From: an uncultured Gemmatimonadaceae bacterium
GTDB taxonomy: Bacteria > Gemmatimonadota > Gemmatimonadetes > Gemmatimonadales > Gemmatimonadaceae
DNA length: 64,000 bases
NCBI GenBank assembly: GCA_963740355.1
Contig: CAVUDW010000003.1
Location: 288,001-352,000 of the forward strand
Direction: 5' to 3'
The notes beneath the pieces are model-generated. The model was given only the letters and a program-made list of their open reading frames with translations. It was not told the origin of the DNA and did no database searches. Numbering within the stretch: the stretch's first letter is position 1; the number at the start of each line of letters is the position of its first letter. The position numbers and the translations under genes were made by a program. Shown one piece after another: positions 10,862 to 21,666 of the stretch.

Positions 10862-10921
10862 CTGACATGTCAGTGCACATGGGTCAGCGTACCCATGTGC
10901 GCCGATCATGCAACATATATT
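10862..10921 (+). promoter_or_regulatory. Two inverted repeats plus a TATATT -10 box; probable (leaderless) promoter with operator
   Basis: ctgacatgtcag perfect palindrome (10862-10873); gcacatgggt-N6-acccatgtgc (10875-10900); TATATT at 10916-10921, ending 6 nt before GTG ATG (10928/10931). Confidence 0.5.
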
Positions 10922-10930
10922 CTCGCAGTG

Positions 10931-11377
10931 ATGCACCGCCCGTTCTGGCTCCGCGCCCTGGTTGCTGTCTGGGGACTCTGGTTCACGACTGCTGTCGTCG
11001 AGCCGGCGGGGTTGTTCGCGTGCGTCAAACACAACGGTCTGGCAGCGGTCGGGCAGCAGGTCGCCAGCAGCGCACCGTCGGCGAGTGGTAGTGGCCACGA
11101 GCACCACGGTGTCACTGCCGACCGTCACACCGCGCACAGCACGGACGCCGCGGTGCCTGACGGCGAGTCGGCGCCGGAGAGCCATGACTGCTGCACCTGC
11201 ATCGGGCACTGCTGCGCCACCGTACCAGTCACGGCACCGCGGCCGACCGTCATCGTCGACGCTGAAATTGCCAGCGAGACGTCGCCACAACCACGTGCCC
11301 CGGAGCCGTTCAGCCCGGGGCGCGTCGCCTACGTCTTGCCATATGCCAACGGTCCGCCGGCCATCGCGCTGAGCTGA
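10931..11377 (+). CDS. DUF2946/CruR-like His/Cys-rich leader protein
   Basis: Hydrophobic N-terminus, CVKH, His-rich linker, HDCCTCIGHCC, Pro-rich tail ending LPYANGPPAIALS; lies directly upstream of a TonB-dependent receptor. Confidence 0.7.
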   Translation: MHRPFWLRALVAVWGLWFTTAVVEPAGLFACVKHNGLAAVGQQVASSAPSASGSGHEHHGVTADRHTAHSTDAAVPDGESAPESHDCCTCIGHCCATVPVTAPRPTVIVDAEIASETSPQPRAPEPFSPGRVAYVLPYANGPPAIALS

Positions 11378-11598
11378 TCCGCCGTTGCACCGACGCTGGC
11401 CGCACACAGTGGCTTCGCGTCTGCGCCAGCCCAGCCTGGCGCCTCCCACATCTCGTTCTCTGCAATGCCGCGACACCCGTTGGTGCTTCGGGCTGCGCCG
11501 CGCTTGCCGTGCGTTCAAGTCGCACGTCGGTCGCGCGCCCGTCGAGTACCGTCGGTGCGCCGGTGTTGGATTTTCACGCCTCCAATCGACGCCACACC

Positions 11599-13892
11599 AT
11601 GAAGCATCCTGCAGTTTTCATCGCGCTCATCGCGATCGCATCCTCTCTCCACGGTCAGTCGCGCCCTGCGCAGGCCGAGCCTGATACGCTCGCCAAGCGG
11701 CCCACGACACTGGGCGGCGTGACGGTCACCGCAGACCGCGACCGCCGGCCCTCGATCACCAAGCTCACCATGCCCGTCTCGGCCAGCATCACCGCCACCA
11801 AGGTGCGTGAGACGGTGAACCTCATCGACACCGAGGACGCCGTGAAGTACCTGCCGAGTGTCTTCCTGCGGAAGCGCAACAACGGCGACACGCAGGCCGT
11901 GATGGCGACGCGATCCTGGGGGGTCAGCTCCAGCGCGCGCAGCCTGGTGTTCGCCGATGGTGTGCCGCTGACGGCATTGATCGGCAACAACAACACCATC
12001 GGCGCGCCGAGATGGGGGCTGGTGGCACCAGAAGAGATCGAGCGCATCGACATGATGTACGGCCCATTCTCGGCCGCGTACGCCGGCAACTCGATGGGCG
12101 CGGTGATGGAGATCACCACGCGGGTACCGGAGCGACGTGAAGGATCGATCACCCAGACGGGCGCGCTGCAGTCGTTCGACCTGTACGGGACGAGCCGCAC
12201 CTACGGCACGTCGCAGACCAGTGCACGCCTGAGCGATCGTATCGGCAAGTTCAGCTTCGTGGCCAGCGGGAACTACCTCGACAGCCGCAGCCAGCCGCTC
12301 AGCTTCGTCACGGCGTCGACCTTTCCGACCGGGACGACCGGTGGCTTCCCCGCCACGACCAAGCTGAACACACCGGCGAACATCCTTGGGGCGAGCGGCG
12401 TGTTGCACACCCGCATGGTCAATGGGACGTTCAAGCTGGGATACGACATCACGCCCACGGTGCGCGCGGCGTACACCTTGGGCTCTGGCAGAACGATGCC
12501 GACGCGACCGTCGATCCGTACCTGCAGCGCACCGGGGCACCGACGTTTGCAGGACAGGCTGGCTTCGCCAGTGGCTTCTACGCACTGCTCCAGCGGCACA
12601 CATCGCAGAGTCTCTCGGTCCGCACCAATCGTCGCAAGGACTGGGACGCGGAAATCATCGGCACCACCTATCGGATGGATGTCGATCGTCAGCGGTTCGC
12701 GACATCGGCATCCGCCACAGACACCACCCTTGGCAACAGCGGCCGCGTCGCGTCGCTGACGGGCACGGGCTGGTCATCGCTCGACGTGAAGGGCGCGTGG
12801 CATGCTGGCGGCAGTAGCGTGGCGGCACACACGGTGACGTTCGGGGCGCACGCCGACTATTACCGCTTGCTCAATCCGACCTACAACACGCTGTTCTGGC
12901 GATCGCAGGCGCCGGTGTACACCAGCGTCGCGACGGAAGGTGATGGCAAGACGGCGACGCAGGCTCTCTGGGTGCAGGACAACTGGCGACTTGCACCGAC
13001 GCTGCGTCTCACCGTAGGTGGCCGGTACGAATGGTGGAAGGGATTCGATGGATACAATGTGAATGGCGCGTCGCGTGTGACGCAGCCCACGGTGTCCGCG
13101 AACCGCTTCTCGCCCAAGGCATCGCTGGACTGGAAGCCAAACGTGGACTGGAACTTCACCGGCTCGATCGGGAAGGCGTATCGGTTCGCCACGGCGTCGG
13201 AGCTCTATCAGCTGGTCTCGACCGGCACGACGTTCACGTCGCCGGACCCGAACCTGAAGCCGGACAACGTGTTGGCCATGGAGCTGCGCGCGGCACGCGA
13301 GTTCGCACGCGGACGAGTGCAGTTGTCGCTGTTCAACAACGACGTGCACGATGCCATCATCTCGCAGTTCAAGCCGCTGGTGGCTGGCTCGCCAACCTTC
13401 TACTCGTTCGCCTCGAACGTGGACCACATCCGACTGCGCGGCATCGAGTTCGTAGTGCAGGAGCGCGATCTGCTGGTGCCGGGCCTCGAGCTGCAGGGCA
13501 GCCTGACGGCGCTCGATGCCACGATTCTCGCCACCTCGGGTCGGGCGAGCGCCACGGCGGCCCCTGACGCCGCCATCGGCAAGCAGGTGCCCAACGTGCC
13601 GAAGTTGCGCGGCACGGTGCTCGCGACCTACCGGCCGATCGACCGCCTCGCCCTCTCACTGGGTGGCCGCTACAGCGACAAGCTGTATACCACCCTCGAT
13701 AACGCAGACCTCAATACCAACACGTATCAGGCGTTCAGCGCCTGGTTCGTCGCCGATGCACATGTGAACTACCGCGTGAACAATCGATTGAACGCCTCGG
13801 TCGGCGTCGACAACCTGCTCAATCGCAAGTACTTCCTCTTCCATCCGTTCCCGCAGCGCAGCTTCGTCACGAGCGTGAAGTACGGGTTCTGA
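11599..13892 (+). pseudogene. TonB-dependent receptor, split by a 1-nt deletion near 12484 (pseudogene or sequencing error)
   Basis: Signal peptide MKHPAVFIAL; plug EIERIDMMYGPFSAAYAGNSMGAV; barrel ending GVDNLLNRKY...VKYGF. Junction ttg ggc tc tgg cag aac rejoins as YTLG-x-WQND. Confidence 0.85.
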
Positions 13893-13987
13893 GCATGGCG
13901 TGTGAGGAGGCTGTCACGGCGGGCGACACCAGACGAGTACGCCAGCAACGACCAGAAACGTGGCTACGGTGTAGATGTTGAAAGGTC

Positions 13988-14026
13988 CCGCGGCGTCACT
14001 CTGGCGAGTGGCGCCGCGGATTTTTT
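13988..14026 (+). terminator. Rho-independent terminator
   Basis: ccgcggcgtcactc-tggc-gagtggcgccgcgg stem followed by a-tttttt, downstream of the TonB receptor gene. Confidence 0.8.
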
Positions 14027-14050
14027 AGCCGCTTCCCTGCACCCTATCGT

Positions 14051-15408
14051 GTGCCTCAACAGACCCATGTGAATCGCCGTCAGTTGGTTGCATCGATCGC
14101 GCTGCTCTGCTCGGCTTGCGGGCACTCAGCCACGTTGCCGATCGAGTCAGGTTTCGGCCCGAGCGCCAGTGCTGCCGGAACCGCGCAGCTCGCTCATTCC
14201 AATGACGAAGGTCGCACGGGCAGTCGGATGGGCGTCGGGGCGGGCGCCGATCGCGGCCCAGGGCCTGCACGTGGCTCCGTTCGCAACGGGGCTGACGCAT
14301 CCGCGCTTCGTCTATGCGTTGCCCAACGGCGATGTGTTGGTGGCGGAAACGAACGCGCCGAAGAGGCCCGACGATGGCAAGGGAATCAAGGGATTCTTCT
14401 TTCGCTATTTCCAGCGCAAGGGCGGTGGTGCAGTTCCCAGTCCCGATCGCATCTCGCTCCTACGCGATGCCGACGGCGATGGCGTTGCGGAGACTCGATC
14501 AGTGTTCCTCAGCGACTTGCATTCGCCGTTCGGCATGACCCTGGTCGGGCACACCTTGTATGTCGCGAACACCGATGCGTTGGTCCGGTTTCCATATGTG
14601 GATGGTGCAACCAGCATCACCGATACGGCAGTCACGGTGCTTGTCGCTCCCCGCAGGGACACTCAACCATCATTGGACGAAAACCGTGGTGGCATCGGCT
14701 GACGGAAAGACGCTGTACGTCAGCATCGGCTCGAACAGCAACGCGGGCGAGAATGGGCTGGACAAGGAGGTGGGACGCGCAGAGATCTGGGAAGTGAATC
14801 CTGGCACTGGTGCACACCGTGTGTTCGCCAGCGGATTGCGCAACGCCGCCGGCCTCGCAATCGAACCCCAGACTGGCGCGCTCTGGGCTGCCGTGAATGA
14901 ACGCGATGAAATCGGAAGTGACCTCGTTCCCGATTACATGACCGCGGTTAAGGACGGTGGATTTTATGGCTGGCCGTGGAGCTATTTCGGGAATCGTGTC
15001 GATCCACGGGTGCAGCCTGCCCAGCCGGCGCGCGTCGCCACCGCCCTCGTCCCTGATTACGCGCTCGGTGCCCACACGGCGTCGATTGGCTTGATTGCAG
15101 CGGAGGGGGCGCGCCTGCCTGCGGCATTCTGCCACGGGATGTTCGTGGGACAGCACGGCTCCTGGAATCGCAATCCACGCAGCGGCTACAAGGTGATTTT
15201 CGTGCCTTTTGTGGCTGGACGGCCCCGAGGGGCGCCAGTCGATGTCTTGAGTGGTTTTCTCAACGCCGAGAACGAGGCAATGGGCCGGCCCGTCGGTGTG
15301 GCCATCGACCGCCGTGGCGGCCTGCTGGTGGCAGATGATGTCGGCAACGTGGTCTGGCGCGTGCGCGGGGATTCGGTCCCGAACCCGGAGTGCGTCAGCA
15401 CACGCTGA
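14051..15408 (+). pseudogene. L-sorbosone dehydrogenase / PQQ-dependent sugar dehydrogenase family lipoprotein, two +1 frameshifts (~14165, ~14640)
   Basis: Three ORF pieces join: lipobox [72 protein letters not shown]. Confidence 0.82.
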
Positions 15409-15474
15409 CAGGTGACGCAAACAGCGCACAATGCAGAAAAAGCCGCGTGCCGCGCCTCGACGTCTTGCTGGCCG

Positions 15475-16410
15475 TCACCCGCCTGCGGAAGCCATCACCT
15501 GTGCAACCGCGCGCGTGATGGCTTCCACGCGACTGGCGTCATCTCGCGGAAGATCGCGCAGCGATGCCGTGCTGACATCCCAGGCATCGGCCTGCTGAGG
15601 CCTTTCGGTCAGGAGGTGTGCCAATTGTGCGGAGGCACCTCCGTCGACCGTGAAGAACTCCCGATGCCCGCTGTGAATCGCGATCTGGGCGGCGCCAGTC
15701 CACACCCCAAGGTCGAACCACGCGGGCTGTTGAAGGATCCCCTTCAGTGCCAGACCAATCTCGCCTCGCGACGCGTCGCTGCCGAAGGAGGATTCCCGAC
15801 CCATCGAGTCGAGTCGCGAAGCGACAGGCGCGGCACCCGCGACGTCAGACAGCAGTTCCCGGATCTGCGACGTCGCCGCCATGACGGCCACCGAATCACT
15901 CGCGCGCGCTGCGATTTCGAGTTGCGCGAGGCGCACACCGATGCGGAACGCACGCCTCGTGGCGATCTGCGTCGATTCCGAGCCACGAGAGACCGACCAG
16001 CCTGGCACGTCCCAGCCCGCACCGAGTGTGCGCGCGAGCGAACCGGCACCCGTGGCGCCTTCGAGGCGCGGCACGACGGCCAGGCTGACGGTCGCATCCG
16101 GACGACCAGTGCCACGCAAAAACACCACGATCGCAATCGTGGCAGCGACGAGCGCGATCGGCGCGACGTATCGCCAGCGACCTTTTCGTCGTGACACCAG
16201 CACTACCGAATCGCGCGCCTCGTTCGCGCCAGATGCCGCTGCCCCAGTCTCGGCCGCCAGTTCACGATGAATGGCAACCGCGTCGACGAAGATGGCGTGT
16301 GCCTCGCGTGAACTCGCCAGTATCCGCATCGCCGCCGCGCGTTCGTCCGGCGTGGCCGTGCCATCGATGACGCTGGCAAGCAGTTCTGGATCGATCAGCG
16401 GAGCGTTCAT
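15475..16410 (-). CDS. Putative membrane-anchored anti-sigma factor
   Basis: Follows the ECF sigma gene; N-terminal IDPELLASVIDG..DERAAAMRIL resembles a ZAS-like helix without Zn ligands; single TM (YVAPIALVAATIAIVVFL); extracytoplasmic domain. Confidence 0.65.
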   Translation of the reverse strand: MNAPLIDPELLASVIDGTATPDERAAAMRILASSREAHAIFVDAVAIHRELAAETGAAASGANEARDSVVLVSRRKGRWRYVAPIALVAATIAIVVFLRGTGRPDATVSLAVVPRLEGATGAGSLARTLGAGWDVPGWSVSRGSESTQIATRRAFRIGVRLAQLEIAARASDSVAVMAATSQIRELLSDVAGAAPVASRLDSMGRESSFGSDASRGEIGLALKGILQQPAWFDLGVWTGAAQIAIHSGHREFFTVDGGASAQLAHLLTERPQQADAWDVSTASLRDLPRDDASRVEAITRAVAQVMASAGG

Positions 16411-16459
16411 GAAGTCCGTCCGTGACGGAGCCGCAGGAAACAGGCGTGGGGAAGTCGAG

Positions 16460-17230
16460 CTACCATGACGCACCACTGGACAGCAAGTCGCGGACCCGCT
16501 CGATGTCGAAGCCGCGCGACGTCAGCAGCCGCCGCAACTCCTGCTCGATCGAGTCGATGCGACGGTACAAGGGCTTCGGCTCGAGATTGAGGGCCCGGGC
16601 AATGTCAGCGACCGAGATGTTATCCCAGTACCGCATGTGCAGGATGACCTGATCCTCCACCGGCAGCTCCGTCATTGCGCTCAGGAGCTCGGCAAAATCA
16701 CTTTCGTGCCCATCGGGGTTCGAGGCGCTGACATCCACCTCCTGCGGCAGGCCAGTCAGCGCCTCGAGCGGCACCTCGCTGGACGGCTGCCGTACCGGAA
16801 GGCTTCGTGCCATCCGTCCCAGTTCGACATCGCTCTCGGGAAATCCGGCGGAGCGCAGAATCTCGATGGCTTCCCGCAGTGTGTAGTTGTCGCGGTGCAG
16901 CAACTCTTCCAGCCGCATGCCGACCGGCCCCATTCGAGTGGCAGCCATCGACGGCCGCCACCGGCCCCACACACTGTTGCGATAGTCGTGAAATAGGTTG
17001 CTGAGGACGACGGATAGATAGGTGGCGATTGACGAGCGACCCGCGTACTTCCGGAAGATGCCGTAATCGGTATCCACGATGCGGGCGCGCACCCAAGAGC
17101 CGAACTCGTCCGCATCAGACGGCGAGAGTGCATTTTTTATCGCAATGATCCCAATCACCTTGTCGATGGTCGGCAGGTGTTCGAGAAACGCGCGTTCGGG
17201 ATCGGTAATCGGCACGCCAGCGGCGGTCAT
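16460..17230 (-). CDS. ECF-type RNA polymerase sigma-70 factor
   Basis: Region 2 (DADEF...FRKYAGRSSIATYLSVV..NLFHDYR) and region 4 (LPVEDQVILHMRYWDNISVADIARAL); ATG at 17230. Confidence 0.85.
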   Translation of the reverse strand: MTAAGVPITDPERAFLEHLPTIDKVIGIIAIKNALSPSDADEFGSWVRARIVDTDYGIFRKYAGRSSIATYLSVVLSNLFHDYRNSVWGRWRPSMAATRMGPVGMRLEELLHRDNYTLREAIEILRSAGFPESDVELGRMARSLPVRQPSSEVPLEALTGLPQEVDVSASNPDGHESDFAELLSAMTELPVEDQVILHMRYWDNISVADIARALNLEPKPLYRRIDSIEQELRRLLTSRGFDIERVRDLLSSGASW

Positions 17231-17796
17231 CAAACTCAGACGTGTCGGATAGAAGAGCACACCGCGCCGAAACCTTCCCGCAAGCCGCGGTGCGCCACTG
17301 CTCCACAAAAGCTCAGCCCGGTCAGGCCGGTCAGGCCAGAGCCAATGTAGTCGAATTCCCGACGGTGCTGCCACCCGGACGCCCCCTCCCCCACCTGCCG
17401 CCCGCAGGAGTGAATTGGCCGTATGCTGTAACGAACTCACGCGGAATAAGTGCGTATTCTGAACAAGTCACCCCTCATGACCGAGACTACGGTCTCATCT
17501 GCGACAGCGGCACAGGCGCAAGAGTGACGAGGCCTGACCTTTCGAGGCGCGGGCATATGCCCGGCATTTGTCTCTTGGACTGTCGTTCCAATCGGAATTC
17601 CCCACACGAACGCAGGCCCGGTGCGTCTCGCGATCCGTGTCGCCCGCCAGACTGGGGCGTCTTCCTACTGACTGCCGATGGGCACGGATGGGGGTACCCC
17701 CAACGTTTCCCTGTCTCATGTTTAGTCCGACGCTGCGCACTTAGCGCCGACCGGTTCTTCGGTCTCTGGCAGCGCGCCAACCCCTCCCGAGCCGAG

Positions 17797-20700
17797 ATGA
17801 CGGACGCGCTGTCGAATCCCGATCGCACCTCGTTCACTGGTGGTGCCCGCCTCGGGCTCCGCCGTCCCGTCAGGCTCCTGCTCGCGCTCTGTTCCGCTGC
17901 CCTCGCGGCATGCGGCGGTGGCGACGGCGGCGACACCAAGCCCGTGGTCCGGCCAGCGACGGTCGCATCGGTGCTGATCTCTCCCGCTGCAAGCACCGTC
18001 GACACCGGAAAGACCGTGCAATTGGCGGCCTTCGTCCGCGACGGCAGTGGCGCAGCGGTCACCGGCAAGACGATCACCTGGGTGTCATCGGTCCCGACGG
18101 TGGCGACGGTCAGCCCTGCCGGGCTGGTGACGGCGATCACGGCAGGCACCGTCACGATCAGCGCCAGCACCGACGGTGTCACAGGCACTGGCACGGTGGT
18201 CTCGACGGTGCCCGTCTCGGCCCGCTGCGACGCGAGCACCGTCATCACGCTCGGCCAAACCGTGACCGGCACACTGCTCGACACTGATTGTCGCCTCAAC
18301 GACAACAGCTATGTCGACAAGTACGTGCTCACGCTGACGGAGGACACACCGGTGCGCATCTCGATGACGAGTGCGCTGGTCGATTCCTACCTCATCCTGC
18401 AGGACTTCACGACTGGCGCCATCGTGGCCGAGAACGACGACGGCAATGGCGATACCGGGTCACGCATCGAGCAACTCGTTCCTGCTGGAAAGTACGTCAT
18501 CGGCGCCAACAGCTTCGACGCCAACCAGTTCGGCGACTACAAGCTGACCGTGGAACGTGCCGCATCGGCCTGCCTCGCCTCCACGCCGATCAGCACACCG
18601 AGTACAGTCAACGGGAATCTCGCGGCAACGGCCTGCCTCCTGCCGGACAGCAGCTACACCGATCGCTATCGCCTCACGGTGGCCAGTTCCACGATCGTCA
18701 CGGCCACGATGCGCAGTTCCGCGATCGACTCCTACCTGTTCATCGAGAACACGAACGGCACGTCGATCGGTCGCAATGACAATTCTTCGATTGGCACGCG
18801 CGACGCGCTGGTGTCGGCGACACTCGACCCGGGCACGTACATCATCAATGCCAACAGCGCGCTGCCGCGTGAGGTCGGGGCATACACCCTCACGCTCTCG
18901 TCGCGCATCGATCCGTGCGGCGTGAGCCGCGTGGTGACCGTCGGATCGACCACCAGTGACACACTGTCCTCCAGTGCCTGCAAGCTCTCTGACGGCAGTT
19001 ACGTCCGGCGATACGGATTTTCGCTCGCAACATCCACGGCGCTGCGCATCGACCTCACCAGCACCCAGTTCGATCCGTACCTGTTCGTGCAACAGGCCGG
19101 GTCAGCGCCGAAGCTGGCCGAAGATGATGACAGCGGACCGGGGCTGAACGCGCAGGTGCTGCAGGTGTTCGCACCAGGCGAATACGTCGTCACCGTCACC
19201 AGCGCGACCGTCGGCGAATCCGGCGCCTTCGAGCTCGCGATCGCCGGCCCGGCCTCCGCGGGCGTTGGCCTCACGGTCACTCCGCCAACGGCAACACTGC
19301 TGCCAGGGCAGACACAGCAGCTGACGGCGGCCGTGACAGGCGCCACCAACACGAATGTGGCGTGGAAGAGTTCTGCGCCAGGCATCGCATCCGTCGGCGC
19401 CACCGGCATCGTCCGCGCCATCACCGCCGGTGCGGCGACCATCACCGTCACCGCGGCCGCCGATCCGGCGCGCACCGCCACCAGCGAGATCACCGTCAAC
19501 GCCGGCACGGACGTCAATCTCGACGTGCCGCTGGTCTACCTGACGCAATCGGCGCAAACGCCAGACGGTCGCATTCCCCTTGTAGCTGACCGCCCGACGG
19601 TTGCGCGCGTCTTCGTGCGCGGCAGCCGTTCCGGGCTCGGCAACGCCGCCGTGCGGCTACGAGTCTTCAATGGCGCCACGGTCACCGGTACGCTGACTGG
19701 AACGGCGACCATTGCCGTGGCGACCGACGAGGGCTGCTGCTCGGCCGATATCCCCGTTCCCGCGTCGTTGATCCGCGATGGCATGACGATCGTGGCCGAT
19801 GTCGACCCGAACAACGCCATCGCCGAGTCGAACGAGACCGACAACGCGTGGCCGCTGACGGGTGTGTCGAAGCCGATTCGCGTCGTCACCGTGCCGCCGA
19901 TCAACATCCAGCTGGTTCCGATCCGGCATCGCGTCGCCAGCACCGTCTCGGCACCAACGACGAGGTTGACCGAACTGCTGCAGCGCATGTACCCGCTGTC
20001 GGCCGTGAATGTCACCATTCATGCCGAATATGCCACCGACACACCTGCGCCATCCAGCTCGGACACATGGGTGGACATGCTGCGCCAGATGGACGTGCTT
20101 CGCGCCGCCGAGAGCAGCAACAACTACTACTACGGGGTGCTGGCGCAGCAAGCGGCTCCAGGCATCATTGGTATCGCAGGTGTGACGGGCTTCACCGGCG
20201 TCGGAATCAGCGGTCCCGATTCGCTGGCGGCGGAGACACTGACGCACGAATTTGGGCACAGCTTTGGGCGGCAACACTCACCGACACCGTCCACCTGCGG
20301 AACGCCAGCGAACGTCGACGCAAACTTCCCGCGCAGTGATGGCACGATCGGGATTGTGGGCTTCGACGTGGCCGCGAATGCCATCTATCGGGCTGACCGC
20401 TTCGATGTGATGGGATACTGCAACAAGAGCTGGGCGAGTGAATACACCTATCAGGGCATCCTCGCCTACCTCCGGAGTGGGGTGATTCCGCTGGCGGTCG
20501 CGACGCAGGCTGAGGTGCCGGCGCTGATGATCAGCGGCTCGCTCGTGGGCGGCGCCGTGACGCTCGATCCTGTGTTCACGATCACGACGAAGGCCACCGC
20601 CCAGCGTGCGTCCGGCCGCTTCGTCGCCGAAGGGACGTCGGCCGATGGTCGAGTCCTGTTCCGCCATCGCTTTGACGGCTACGCGATGAGTGATGTGGAC

Positions 20701-21099
20701 GCAGCGACGCGCACCTTCGTGGCCCTGGTGCCGTACGACGCCAGTGTGAGCGGCGCCGTGGCGAACATCACGGTGCGTGACGAAAGCGGCGGTGGACGAT
20801 CCGGCGTGCTACTCCGCGCTGGGAGCTATGCGGCCTCGCCGTCAGGCGTGAGCCTGCGCGTGGATGCTGACCCGCAGCTGGTCGTGCGCGCCGCGGGCAC
20901 CAACCGGTATGACGTCACCTGGAACACGTCGCGATACCCATCGATCATCGTGCGCGACAAATCCACACGGCGCGTGGTCGGCATCGGCCGCCGCGGCGCA
21001 CTCACGATCAACGCCGCGTCACTGAATGCGCTCGAGGTGCTCTTGTCGGATGGTGTCGGAAGCAGCACGCGCGCCCTGTCGGTCGGTGGTGCGCCATGA
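17797..21099 (+). CDS. Large lipoprotein: Ig-like (Big_2) + three PPC-like repeats + Big_2 + CARDB-like + metzincin zinc metalloprotease (M66-like)
   Basis: Lipobox LAAC; TWVSSVPTVATVS and WKSSAPGIASV Ig motifs; three DSYL/DPYL...NDD repeats; VDPNNAIAESNETDN; HEFGHSFGRQH and Met-turn DVMGY. Confidence 0.82.
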   Translation: MTDALSNPDRTSFTGGARLGLRRPVRLLLALCSAALAACGGGDGGDTKPVVRPATVASVLISPAASTVDTGKTVQLAAFVRDGSGAAVTGKTITWVSSVPTVATVSPAGLVTAITAGTVTISASTDGVTGTGTVVSTVPVSARCDASTVITLGQTVTGTLLDTDCRLNDNSYVDKYVLTLTEDTPVRISMTSALVDSYLILQDFTTGAIVAENDDGNGDTGSRIEQLVPAGKYVIGANSFDANQFGDYKLTVERAASACLASTPISTPSTVNGNLAATACLLPDSSYTDRYRLTVASSTIVTATMRSSAIDSYLFIENTNGTSIGRNDNSSIGTRDALVSATLDPGTYIINANSALPREVGAYTLTLSSRIDPCGVSRVVTVGSTTSDTLSSSACKLSDGSYVRRYGFSLATSTALRIDLTSTQFDPYLFVQQAGSAPKLAEDDDSGPGLNAQVLQVFAPGEYVVTVTSATVGESGAFELAIAGPASAGVGLTVTPPTATLLPGQTQQLTAAVTGATNTNVAWKSSAPGIASVGATGIVRAITAGAATITVTAAADPARTATSEITVNAGTDVNLDVPLVYLTQSAQTPDGRIPLVADRPTVARVFVRGSRSGLGNAAVRLRVFNGATVTGTLTGTATIAVATDEGCCSADIPVPASLIRDGMTIVADVDPNNAIAESNETDNAWPLTGVSKPIRVVTVPPINIQLVPIRHRVASTVSAPTTRLTELLQRMYPLSAVNVTIHAEYATDTPAPSSSDTWVDMLRQMDVLRAAESSNNYYYGVLAQQAAPGIIGIAGVTGFTGVGISGPDSLAAETLTHEFGHSFGRQHSPTPSTCGTPANVDANFPRSDGTIGIVGFDVAANAIYRADRFDVMGYCNKSWASEYTYQGILAYLRSGVIPLAVATQAEVPALMISGSLVGGAVTLDPVFTITTKATAQRASGRFVAEGTSADGRVLFRHRFDGYAMSDVDAATRTFVALVPYDASVSGAVANITVRDESGGGRSGVLLRAGSYAASPSGVSLRVDADPQLVVRAAGTNRYDVTWNTSRYPSIIVRDKSTRRVVGIGRRGALTINAASLNALEVLLSDGVGSSTRALSVGGAP

Positions 21100-21623
21100 G
21101 GCGATTCACGGTCGGCCTCGTGATGGCACTGCCCATGGCCCTCGTGTCCGCCTGTGTCAGTTCGCGTGCACAATCCGCTGACACGGACAGCGCCGTAATG
21201 CCCAGCGATTCGATCGCAGTGGTGTCGTTGTCGCGCGGTGCCTGTCACGGCACTTGCCCGATCTACGGTCTCACGCTGCACGCGAGTGGGCGTGTGCTGT
21301 TCACTGGCGAACGATTCGTGCAGCCGGTCGGCCAGGATTCGGCACGGATTACCTCGGCGGCAGTCGTCGCCGTGCGCATGGCGTTCGACGCGCGAAAGTT
21401 CGAGCAGGTCCCGGCATCGATCGAGTACAACACGCCATCGTGTGGCACCTACGTTGCCGACCTTCCGACCGTGGTGCTGGCCGTTGCCACGGCAACCGGT
21501 GAGCATCGAGTGCGGTACGACCAGGGCTGTCGCAATTATCCGCGCATGCTGGACACGCTGGCGCAGATGATCGATTCCGTCAGTGGCGCATCCCGTTGGA
21601 CCTCCGCGTCACACCGGCCATAA
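21096..21623 (+). CDS. DUF6438-like lipoprotein
   Basis: ATGA overlap with the protease gene; lipobox VSAC; LSRGACHGTCPIYGLTLHASGRVLFTGERFV motif. Confidence 0.7.
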   Translation: MRRFTVGLVMALPMALVSACVSSRAQSADTDSAVMPSDSIAVVSLSRGACHGTCPIYGLTLHASGRVLFTGERFVQPVGQDSARITSAAVVAVRMAFDARKFEQVPASIEYNTPSCGTYVADLPTVVLAVATATGEHRVRYDQGCRNYPRMLDTLAQMIDSVSGASRWTSASHRP

Positions 21624-21666
21624 CATGGCTTTCTACAGCTTTCTCGCCTTGCTCCCGAGCACACCG

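Noticed and set aside
13895..13981. 28-codon ORF MACEEAVTAGDTRRVRQQRPETWLRCRC between TonB stop and terminator
   Set aside because: Many rare codons (aga, cga, gta, cta) and no supporting homology; probably 3' UTR.
17242..17796. 185-aa N-terminal extension of the protease ORF
   Set aside because: Non-coding-like composition; the lipobox position supports a start at or after 17797.
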